NCBI GenBank assembly: GCA_963664325.2
Contig: CAXXDQ010000004.1
Location: forward strand, 544,001-608,000
From: Desulfomonilia bacterium
Lineage (GTDB): Bacteria > Desulfobacterota > Desulfomonilia > UBA1062
DNA: 64,000 nucleotides
Reading direction: 5' to 3'
Below, in pieces: positions 40,320 through 48,448 of the stretch. Positions within the stretch are counted from its first letter, which is position 1; each line of letters begins with the position of its first letter. Made by a program: the position numbers and the translations under genes. The notes under the pieces were generated by a model that saw only the letters and a program-made list of their open reading frames with translations, ran no database searches and was not told the DNA's origin.

Positions 40320-40805
40320 TTATAAAACCTTTATGAAAACATTTATTTTTTTGTTTGGAATTTCAGCGGAATCCATGTCTTTAATGACATAACCCGTCAG
40401 CGCGAAAGGCGAGTTGCAGCTACAATGGGCACCTCTATATCCTGAGCCATGATCGCGACCACGAAGCAAACCATGATGATGCCACGTTTGACAATAGGGG
40501 CAGAAAATCTCAATATCGCCGCCTGCTGTATGATAACCTTCCACCGTGGGTATCGGAACATCCTTTTTTTTGTTCCACAAATCCCGTGACATGGAAATGC
40601 CATAAATTTCAACCAAACGTCTCCATTCAGTGAGACAGGCAGGGCGGCCTTTGCAATTTCGACAAGTTAACTCGCTACAAGTTACAATGACTTGATCGGC
40701 GTCGTGTTGTGCTGTGCAAAATTGCCACCACTTACAGGTTTTACATTTTTTGGGACGGAATATTTTAATATCTTCACCACTGGGATTTTTAAAAATCTTA
40801 TTCAT
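40320..40805 (-). CDS. Cys/His-rich hypothetical protein (putative Zn-binding)
   Basis: CKTC, CRNC, CPYCQTWHHHG and AHCSC motifs; SD AAAGGA. Confidence 0.65.
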   Translation of the reverse strand: MNKIFKNPSGEDIKIFRPKKCKTCKWWQFCTAQHDADQVIVTCSELTCRNCKGRPACLTEWRRLVEIYGISMSRDLWNKKKDVPIPTVEGYHTAGGDIEIFCPYCQTWHHHGLLRGRDHGSGYRGAHCSCNSPFALTGYVIKDMDSAEIPNKKINVFIKVL

Positions 40806-40898
40806 ATTTTTCCTTTGGGGAATCCTCCCCACTGTTTAAAAAATCTTTTAATGACCCTTCATTTCCGCTTTACCTTTGTAGTCTTGTCTCTGGGATAC

Positions 40899-43181
40899 TT
40901 AAGACGTGTTCGGGATTTCCGAATTTGATTTTATGTCTTTAAGGAGTGTTTCAATTCTGTCATTCCACATGAGACACCGAACGCTCTCACGGTTATTAGC
41001 GCGTAAATTTCTGTCGGATATCGTTAAACCGGCGCTTCTGAGGAGTTGTCCCAGGGCCTTCGGAGTTGAAATCCTATGATCCGAACGACAATTTTCATGA
41101 AATTTATCGTAAATATATCCGATAGCAAGACGCCCGTTATCAACATCGGGACGTAATTTTTGAAGTGTTTCGATTAAATATTTTAATTGGCCGCTTGCTT
41201 CAAACTTTGATTTGATCGGCTTTTCAGTAGTCAGCATCTCACATGCATCAACAACGTTCGACATATAGAATTTTGCAGCCTCGATACCTGCTGCGACTTC
41301 AGGGACACCCAAAGTCCCGGTTGGTTCTAAGCCTTGCACAAATTGAGACAGGCAATATAAAATTCCTGAAAGCCTTAATGCGTATGAAATCATTTTCGGA
41401 ACGAAACCTTGAAAGATGGGCGGCAGATAGCGCAACCAAGAAAAAAGCTCGTTTCTCCAATCACTAAGGAAATCAAACGCAGGATCGTCGAATTTTAAAA
41501 AGACACCGGAACCGGAACCCCGCGAATCAGCCCAAATCATCGCAGCTTTGAGGGTATACTCCCAGATAGCCCTGTTTTCTTCGGTCCAGATTTCTGAAGT
41601 AAGCAGAGGCAACGGACCGCCACTATCAGTGGTTAATAAAAAGCGGTACATTGTTCCGTCAGCTTGATATAACTTGTTTTTCCCACTAAACATCCTGCGC
41701 CAAACCTCGGGTTGGACGCCGCCGAAAATTGATATCCTTGCATTTCTGATCAGGCGGGTCTTCTCAGCATCTGCACGTACGATTCGCGCTGGCTTCCCGT
41801 CCCAGAGCGTCAACCACGCTTCACGATCAGCGCCCGGTTTATATGCATTCTGACTACTCAAAAAGGCGCTGAGTTCAGCGAGGATCGCCACGATACCGCC
41901 ATGTTCTGAAATATCTTTTTGGATTCCTTCAAGTGTCAAGTCCGTTACAAAATACCCCCTCGCCCTCTCTGGCTTATCCTGCTGCGCCTTCTCCTTTGGT
42001 TTAAACTTGTTCCAGTCACTGAGCGCCTTTTCATAAATTTGATTTGCCTGATTTTGTGTTTCATACAACAAACGGCAAAGTGAACTCGCCGCTGGGGTTT
42101 TGCCAGCTCCAGAACCCCTTATGTCCCCAATCCAAAAAATTAAAGGTTCGCTCCAGGAGCTTTTTACCTTAACAGTAATGGTCGATCCGAGTAATGACGC
42201 CAAAATGCAAAAAGCCACTCCCGGCAGGGCATCCGGGGTGGTTGCATGAGACCGGGCCAGTTGTTGAAGGCTTCTGCCGATGGATTTCGGCAAGATTTTG
42301 AATGGGAAGCTAATACGAGGGAATAAATGCCGGGCAAGTTCCCAATCTTTGAGCGGTGCGGGTTCACATGACAGCAACGGTTCCCAGCCAGGCGCGGCCT
42401 CAACAAGTGCCAGAAGTTCGGCTTTGCCGTTTCCGGCATCTTTCCAATCTATGATGTCTCCCTTTTCAGAAAGTCCCGGCAGGTCTATAACCTTTAGAGA
42501 AGCCACCTTGCACTGGAGTCCAGATGTGAGCATGTCCCGATAAATGCGGCCCGCTGTGTCATTGTCTGGGAGAATAATGATGTTCTTGCCGGACAAGTGC
42601 TCTATCATGCTTTCACTCAATTTACTGTTAGAGCCTGAATCAAGCGAAGTGCTGCATAAATCCCAGGAGTTTAAAAGATCGGCTTTTTTTTCACCTTCAA
42701 CAATGTAAACAATTTCAGCTTTATTGACGCCCGGCAAGTTATAGAGGACAGACTCACAGCCGCGCCCTGTTGCGTTGCCGTGTTTGAATATAAATTCCTT
42801 GGTGCGTCCTTCCCTGCCAGGTTCGAGACGTATTTTATAATAAAGCACTTTTCCGCTTTCATCGTGGTATTTATACCGACCCGTTTCGGTCTGCTTGACA
42901 GGGGGGGCGGGTTCTGGGTCCAGGTATTTTGCAGCCAGGCTCTTGAGGTCGAGGCCTTCTAATTTCATGTGAAAATCGACAATATCGCCACCTTTCGGCG
43001 AACATTTTCGACAAAGATAGCGGCCTTCCTTAACAAAATAAACAAAGCCGTCGTTATGAGCATCACAGCAAGGGAAGGGGCAAGGTCCTGCAAACTCATT
43101 TGCATTTTTCCTCTTTAAGTCAGGTAATATTTCACATATTGAGGGCAAAGAATTTTTCAGCTTTTTAATATCAATCGACAT
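40899..43181 (-). CDS. Primase (Zn-ribbon + TOPRIM) fused to DUF3987/YfjI-like P-loop domain
   Basis: GPCP..C / CRKC, VEGEKKAD, PDND, GSGAGKT, DLTLEGI and GGVQP motifs; start set at MSIDIKK. Confidence 0.85.
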   Translation of the reverse strand: MSIDIKKLKNSLPSICEILPDLKRKNANEFAGPCPFPCCDAHNDGFVYFVKEGRYLCRKCSPKGGDIVDFHMKLEGLDLKSLAAKYLDPEPAPPVKQTETGRYKYHDESGKVLYYKIRLEPGREGRTKEFIFKHGNATGRGCESVLYNLPGVNKAEIVYIVEGEKKADLLNSWDLCSTSLDSGSNSKLSESMIEHLSGKNIIILPDNDTAGRIYRDMLTSGLQCKVASLKVIDLPGLSEKGDIIDWKDAGNGKAELLALVEAAPGWEPLLSCEPAPLKDWELARHLFPRISFPFKILPKSIGRSLQQLARSHATTPDALPGVAFCILASLLGSTITVKVKSSWSEPLIFWIGDIRGSGAGKTPAASSLCRLLYETQNQANQIYEKALSDWNKFKPKEKAQQDKPERARGYFVTDLTLEGIQKDISEHGGIVAILAELSAFLSSQNAYKPGADREAWLTLWDGKPARIVRADAEKTRLIRNARISIFGGVQPEVWRRMFSGKNKLYQADGTMYRFLLTTDSGGPLPLLTSEIWTEENRAIWEYTLKAAMIWADSRGSGSGVFLKFDDPAFDFLSDWRNELFSWLRYLPPIFQGFVPKMISYALRLSGILYCLSQFVQGLEPTGTLGVPEVAAGIEAAKFYMSNVVDACEMLTTEKPIKSKFEASGQLKYLIETLQKLRPDVDNGRLAIGYIYDKFHENCRSDHRISTPKALGQLLRSAGLTISDRNLRANNRESVRCLMWNDRIETLLKDIKSNSEIPNTS

Positions 43182-43449
43182 GTTTTTCACCCTTCTTGTT
43201 ACCAATCCCGGCCCGGTTCGGATTTCTGCCGAAACGATAATTGTGAAGGTCACACCTGACGATTGGGCAGAGTTTCACCTCAGAAACGCACCCGACACAA
43301 CAGGAAAGGCAATGTGCCCGGATAGCTTTAAGAGGGGACAATTTGACAACCTGAATTTTGTGCGATAATACGATTTCATCATTTAGCTTTGCCTCGGATT
43401 TACCCCCCGCGCCGCTGTAATCGGCTCGGGGTTCATTTTCGCGATTCAT
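43171..43449 (-). CDS. Small Cys-rich phage-type protein
   Basis: SPLKAIRAHCLSCCVG...VKLCPIVRCDLHNYRFG; SD GAGG. Confidence 0.7.
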   Translation of the reverse strand: MNRENEPRADYSGAGGKSEAKLNDEIVLSHKIQVVKLSPLKAIRAHCLSCCVGCVSEVKLCPIVRCDLHNYRFGRNPNRAGIGNKKGEKHVD

Positions 43450-43456
43450 AGCATCC

Positions 43457-43651
43457 TCAACGGTTTTCAGGGTCAACACGGTGCTTGTTCATGTACAATT
43501 CCAGATCCTCAACTTTGTAGCGAATAGACGCGCCAATACGATGATATGCAGGCCCCCGGCCCAACTGTCGGTAGTTCCTCAAAGTTTGAGTTGCCAGACC
43601 GATGATTTTTGCAGCTTCTTTGTCATTGACATAAGTTTGAACATTTAACAT
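43457..43651 (-). CDS. AlpA/Xis-like helix-turn-helix protein (excisionase)
   Basis: KEAAKIIGLATQTLRNYR...GPAY..IG..IRY; SD GGAGG. Confidence 0.85.
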   Translation of the reverse strand: MLNVQTYVNDKEAAKIIGLATQTLRNYRQLGRGPAYHRIGASIRYKVEDLELYMNKHRVDPENR

Positions 43652-43825
43652 TTTAAACCTCCACTTATTTGTAGTTAATAAGCGTATACCGGATTGAAAA
43701 TGGTCTTTTGGCAAATAGACGGAAATTAGAAATAATTATAAAATATTTATCTTTTAATATAATTAATATGTTAGAAGACGATCACAGGAAATTATCAAGA
43801 AATCATTGGCAAATTATAAGGATGT

Positions 43826-44623
43826 TTATCTTCCTTTTTTATGTTTATTAAAACACCTTCGAAAATAGTCTTTTGTCATACGATCTATCTCACGATTCCC
43901 TTTTTTTATGACAATATCACCTTCTTTTGTAGTCTCGCGTGCGTAATAACATGAGGATATTTTATAACGATTTTTGATATAATCAAATGCAGCAGAAGCC
44001 TTCATATCAGGATTATTGGGTTCCTCATCAAGCAATTTATCAAATAAGGCTTTTCTTGGTGTGTAGTCTTTTCTTGTTTCTTTCTCGCTAGGTTTTTTAC
44101 CTATTTCCTCTTTAGAGTTGATTCTCGGTGTAGGTATTAATACAAGAAAGGGGTCCGGTATTCTTAAACCTCGTGTTTTCGCCCATTGTATAAATTCACT
44201 CGGTTCAATCACATACCGCTTAGGTGCTTCCTTTACTATCTTCCACCCGAGCGGAGAACACGCCATGTATTTCATATTCTTTATCATAGGTGAGGGATCA
44301 ATTACACCATGCTTAAGCGTACCAAGTGCAATGCCCGTGTAGATTTCATTATCTAGTGATCTTCCGGTGTCCCAAAAATCATTCATTCCACGAATTGTTA
44401 TAACCTTGAGTTCGACATCTGATTCAGCCTTGTCATATTCAGCACGCTCAACCTTACCCATAAAAACGTTACGCAATAACCGGGGCTCTAAGTTCATCAT
44501 CAATGATACTGGCTCTGCAAAATAATATTGCCCCGGAATATAGTTCCATGCAGACTGCTTGATCCAATAATCATAGTCCGGCATCAAGTCATCATTATCA
44601 TCGTTAAAAAATGGCACTGTCAT
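43826..44623 (-). CDS. Hypothetical island protein (265 aa)
   Basis: Long ORF with SD GGAGG; EFIQWAKTRG motif; basic C-terminus. Confidence 0.75.
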   Translation of the reverse strand: MTVPFFNDDNDDLMPDYDYWIKQSAWNYIPGQYYFAEPVSLMMNLEPRLLRNVFMGKVERAEYDKAESDVELKVITIRGMNDFWDTGRSLDNEIYTGIALGTLKHGVIDPSPMIKNMKYMACSPLGWKIVKEAPKRYVIEPSEFIQWAKTRGLRIPDPFLVLIPTPRINSKEEIGKKPSEKETRKDYTPRKALFDKLLDEEPNNPDMKASAAFDYIKNRYKISSCYYARETTKEGDIVIKKGNREIDRMTKDYFRRCFNKHKKGR

Positions 44624-44625
44624 TT

Positions 44626-44716
44626 TTGCGCCTCCTGTATGCGCCCTGAAACTGTCAGAGGAAAGCGGGCTCAGGATTGCCCGCCTTGTCGGTTATGATT
44701 CTACCTCTGAAAGTTC
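44626..44716 (-). ncRNA. Putative structured cis-regulatory leader RNA
   Basis: Nested stems TCAGAGG/CCTCTGA and GCGGGC/GCCCGC; loop UCCUG complementary to CAGGA at the downstream SD. Confidence 0.5.
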
Positions 44717-44719
44717 GTA

Positions 44720-45004
44720 TCATGCAGCTTTCAATATAGTAATCTTGTGATTCTTTTGTCCCGCTGTCCACAAATCGAGCTTCCCCTGCATTTGTAACCA
44801 GCTTTCCGGAGTGGTATCGGTTGCCTTACCTATCCTGATAGCCATATCTGGACTTAATGCAACACGACCATTAACCAGTTCACTCAAAGCCTTTCTGCTT
44901 ACACCAAGATGCTTTGATGCATCAGTTATAGTAATGCCAAGAGGCTTTAAAACATCCTCACTAAATACAACTCCGGGATGCGTAGGCTTTCTTCTTGTTA
45001 TCAT
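44720..45004 (-). CDS. higA: HigA antitoxin (HTH-XRE)
   Basis: PTHPG, LGVSRKALSELVNG, DMAIRI, TPESWL. Confidence 0.92.
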   Translation of the reverse strand: MITRRKPTHPGVVFSEDVLKPLGITITDASKHLGVSRKALSELVNGRVALSPDMAIRIGKATDTTPESWLQMQGKLDLWTAGQKNHKITILKAA

Positions 45005-45017
45005 GTCTTAATCTCCC

Positions 45018-45296
45018 TTAATGGTAGTCCTGGTAATCAACCAGGACTGCATCATTTCCTTCAAACTTGAATGTCACCCGCCAATTGCCGTTTACCCACA
45101 CTGACCACATGCCTTGCATATCGCCTTTCAATTCATGAAGCTTATACGCCGGAAGGTTCATATCCTGTGGACACATTGAAGCATCAAGTCTGTCAAGAAT
45201 ACGTTCAAGCTTCGCAGTATGATCGGGCATGATTCCTTTTTTGCTTCCCTCAATAAAAAACTTCTCAAGCCCTTTGTGTTTGAAAGACTTAATCAT
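45018..45296 (-). CDS. higB: HigB (RelE-family) toxin
   Basis: MIKSFKHKGL, LHELKG, VNGNWRVTF, DYQDYH. Confidence 0.92.
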   Translation of the reverse strand: MIKSFKHKGLEKFFIEGSKKGIMPDHTAKLERILDRLDASMCPQDMNLPAYKLHELKGDMQGMWSVWVNGNWRVTFKFEGNDAVLVDYQDYH

Positions 45297-45312
45297 GAAA
45301 GGCTTAATATCA

Positions 45313-45331
45313 TGTCACCTTATAGGTTACA
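45313..45331. promoter_or_regulatory. Probable HigA operator
   Basis: TGTCACCT-tat-AGGTTACA inverted repeat just upstream of higB. Confidence 0.6.
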
Positions 45332-45356
45332 ACGGTAAGTTTAAAAAGTAATTTTT

Positions 45357-45665
45357 CTAATCTGGTTCGATCCCTATTTTTAGTATGCGGTATAATTCGC
45401 AGTCAGATGCCTTAATTGCATCAAGATCAAGCATAATTATTGTTTTATCCTTAGCATTTATAGGCCATAAGGCAACAGATGAACCCTGAATCATTAAACG
45501 CCTTAATAGATATTCCCCATCCTTTTTATATATTACCTGCTGTTTGTGTATTGGTTTGTCGACCGGCTCAATAAGCAATGAAATTCCATTGACGTATTTC
45601 GGAAAAAACATATCACCTGTAACATTGAAACTAAAAATATTTTTGGCCTTTTCCGCTTGTTTCAT
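45357..45665 (-). CDS. Stand-alone S24 peptidase-like domain protein
   Basis: FNVTGDMFFP...G..LLIEP...LLRRL...LWPIN resembles the LexA/CI C-terminal fold. Confidence 0.55.
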   Translation of the reverse strand: MKQAEKAKNIFSFNVTGDMFFPKYVNGISLLIEPVDKPIHKQQVIYKKDGEYLLRRLMIQGSSVALWPINAKDKTIIMLDLDAIKASDCELYRILKIGIEPD

Positions 45666-45718
45666 TTTCTACCCCTCCCTCTAATCTATATTTTGCGTCC
45701 TTGAAGACTTATTTTTGT

Positions 45719-46924
45719 TCATGCGCTTTTTAATGAAATCGCCTTGTCTATAATGTCCCCCACTATGCCGGATGCTTTCTTTAAAGCGTCATCCCTCAGA
45801 TGGGCATATCGTTGCGTCATCCTAAAATCCTTGTGCGTCATGAGCTTCTGTAAGGTGTAGATATCAACCTGACCGGATGAAGCCAGCATCGAAGCATAGG
45901 CGTGCCTTAAACCGTGCATGGGGCGGAAATTCTTGGGCAATCCCGCCCTCTGTTTTATCCTTGTCACGACATGATATATCTGTGCGCGCTGATTTCCCTT
46001 ATCTCCAGGGAACACAAACGGGCTTTCCGTTTTCTCGATGGAACTTAAAAGTTCTCCGGCCTTTTCGCTTATCGGGATCATGGCGTTGCGGCCACCCTTG
46101 GGGTTCCTTATCATTATGAAGCCTGTATTGAAGTTTATATCATTCCACTTTAGCTTTAAGAGTTCGCCGCGCCGCATGCCTGTATGCAGGGCCATGAGCA
46201 TCATGTTTGCTACTGTCCGGTTCGGATCCGCCTCTATCGCTATCAGAAGCCTTCTCAACTCGTCCGGTGAAAGGTCTTCCGTAACCACATTATCAACACG
46301 GGGCTTCTGGATTGAAAAGCCAAGGCCTTCAGTAAGGCCTTTCTTGTAACCGTAGTTCGCAATCCTGGTTATCAGATTAAGCACATGCTTGACCGTCTGT
46401 GGTTTGTGCGTCTTGCTCAATTTTATGCGAATCCTGTCAATGTCCAGGGAGACAATTTCATGAGGCTGTTTGACTCCAAGGGGTTTCTCGATGAACTTCC
46501 TGTATCTCGATATATCAATCTGAGCGGGTTTCTTGAACCTCATTTCGGCAATGATCTTGTCAAGGTCGTCGTCTTTAATTTCCTTGTCGGCGAGCTCCTT
46601 CTCATCGGTAGTTGATTTCTCTTTAATGTATCTTCCGAACAAGCGGTTAAACGTCCAGCTTGAATCTCCTGCCCTCCTTGCTGCCTCTTCTTCTGCCCGG
46701 CGCTCTACATTAGTTCTTTGCCGCCCTTCAAGTTTTTCAACTCTGAGACTGTTTGCCCTTGCAGGTGTCATATCGTCCTGCTTCTGCCAGCCCGCCTTTT
46801 CCTCAACAAGCTTACCGTTCTTCCTGTAACGGATATAGTAAACCTTCTCTATGCCCGTTTCACCTTGCGCGTTTATGTAGAACACTCCGGGATATTTTGT
46901 TTTGTGTCTTACCATTTTCGACAT
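45719..46924 (-). CDS. int: Tyrosine recombinase/integrase
   Basis: TGMRRGEL, KGG, HGLRH, LMTH...TQRY catalytic residues; next to att. Confidence 0.95.
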   Translation of the reverse strand: MSKMVRHKTKYPGVFYINAQGETGIEKVYYIRYRKNGKLVEEKAGWQKQDDMTPARANSLRVEKLEGRQRTNVERRAEEEAARRAGDSSWTFNRLFGRYIKEKSTTDEKELADKEIKDDDLDKIIAEMRFKKPAQIDISRYRKFIEKPLGVKQPHEIVSLDIDRIRIKLSKTHKPQTVKHVLNLITRIANYGYKKGLTEGLGFSIQKPRVDNVVTEDLSPDELRRLLIAIEADPNRTVANMMLMALHTGMRRGELLKLKWNDINFNTGFIMIRNPKGGRNAMIPISEKAGELLSSIEKTESPFVFPGDKGNQRAQIYHVVTRIKQRAGLPKNFRPMHGLRHAYASMLASSGQVDIYTLQKLMTHKDFRMTQRYAHLRDDALKKASGIVGDIIDKAISLKSA

Positions 46925-47098
46925 ATTTACCCCTTCCCTATTGAGTTGTTCCCCACACTATTCCCCACACCTAAAAGACATTTATAAGTAATTTGAAGTA
47001 ATGTCAAGTTAATGATAAACTCTTTATAATGGCTTATATGGCCTTTCTAGGGGTGCAATAAGTAAAACAGGGTAAACAGATAAAAAGGCGCTATAGTT

Positions 47099-47146
47099 GG
47101 CCTTTCACGCCGGCAACAGGGGTTCGAATCCCCTTGGGGACGCCAA
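47099..47146 (+). repeat. att site (duplicated 3' half of tRNA-Glu)
   Basis: 48-bp identity with 39098-39145. Confidence 0.95.
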
Positions 47147-47155
47147 CAAAATTCT

Positions 47156-47186
47156 AAGGGACAAGAGATGAACTTGTCCCTTTTTT
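47156..47186 (+). terminator. Displaced original tRNA-operon terminator
   Basis: AAGGGACAAG...CTTGTCCCTT hairpin plus T-run right after the att copy. Confidence 0.8.
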
Positions 47187-47232
47187 CTATTTATGCTTGC
47201 AATATGCGCCTTGAAAGTATTTATTTTTAAGA

Positions 47233-48369
47233 ATGGAACCTAATGCCGGCAGAATACATTATATCGATAACGTAAGGATAGCCCTGATAATACTTGTCCT
47301 GGTTCATCATGTTGGCCAGGCCTATGGGCCGACAGGCGGATGGTGGGCATACCAGGAACCGGAACGGGCCAGAATCCTTGGCATTTTCTTTACTGTTAAC
47401 CGCTCTTTTTTCATGAGCCTCTTTTTCTTTTTATCGGGCTACTTTATGCCGGGTGCATTTGACAAAAAAGGGCCGGCAAAATTTCTGGCAGACAGGTTCA
47501 AACGCCTCGGAATCCCGCTGCTGGTTTTCTTTCTGGCGATAATACCGGTGATACACTACTGCTATTTCCTGAACTTCAGGCATTATGGGTATATCGGGTT
47601 TTTTGATTACTATAAAAACTTCTGGTTCGGTCTGGGGATGAAACCCTTGGACTGGTCAGGACCCGCCTGGCCTGAACTGAATTTTGCACAGCTATGGTTC
47701 GTTGAGCACCTGCTCATTTATGCATGTTTTTATGCACTCTGGCGATTTATAAGAAAGGGGCCGACCGGGCGGGAAATGAATGCCCCGCTGCCGAAAGCCT
47801 GGCAGATCGTGGCATATTCTCTCATTATAATGGTCATAACTGCCCTTGTCAGAATCCCTTATCCGATCGATAAGTGGATAGGCTTTCTGGGATTCATTCA
47901 GGTCGCCTTTGCCGATGTCCCGCGTGATCTTGGCTGGTTCATAATGGGAGTTGTTGCGTACAGGAAAAACTGGATTGACCGGTTCCCGGCAAAGTCCGGT
48001 TTTACCTGGCTGGGCATAGGTTTCGGTTTGTCCCTTCTTTACAGTTTCCTGGCCTGGTTCAGGGTCTTTCCATATGAAATATACGTATTATGGGAAACGT
48101 TTCTCTGCACAGGCTTTTGCATAGGATTCTGCATCCTGTTCAGGGAAAAATTTGGCGGCTCAAACAGGTTAACCGTTGAGATGGGGCTTTGCACCTATGG
48201 CGTTTATCTTTTCCATGTGCCGATACTGATAATTTTCCAGTACATGTTTGCGGGAGTCCAGGCAGGGCCGCTTGTGAAATTTGCCTGCGTGTCCGTCATT
48301 GCGACAATAGTTACATTTGCGTTTACTGCCGTTCTGAGACGGCTGCCTCTTGCAAGGGAAGTAATATAG
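47233..48369 (+). CDS. Acyltransferase-3 family membrane protein (OpgC/MdoC-like)
   Basis: YIDNVR, FFMSLFFFLSGYF, RFKRLGIP, QLWF, YGVYLFH. Confidence 0.88.
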   Translation: MEPNAGRIHYIDNVRIALIILVLVHHVGQAYGPTGGWWAYQEPERARILGIFFTVNRSFFMSLFFFLSGYFMPGAFDKKGPAKFLADRFKRLGIPLLVFFLAIIPVIHYCYFLNFRHYGYIGFFDYYKNFWFGLGMKPLDWSGPAWPELNFAQLWFVEHLLIYACFYALWRFIRKGPTGREMNAPLPKAWQIVAYSLIIMVITALVRIPYPIDKWIGFLGFIQVAFADVPRDLGWFIMGVVAYRKNWIDRFPAKSGFTWLGIGFGLSLLYSFLAWFRVFPYEIYVLWETFLCTGFCIGFCILFREKFGGSNRLTVEMGLCTYGVYLFHVPILIIFQYMFAGVQAGPLVKFACVSVIATIVTFAFTAVLRRLPLAREVI

Positions 48370-48448
48370 AATCATCCTGTCCTGCCTGCATCAATTGATA
48401 AAGAATCCTTTTTTTGTACCGGCGGCAGGAGAGGGAGGATTAAAAAAA

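Noticed and set aside
47099-47146. Second tRNA-Glu gene
   Set aside because: Only the 3' half is present; it is the att duplication.
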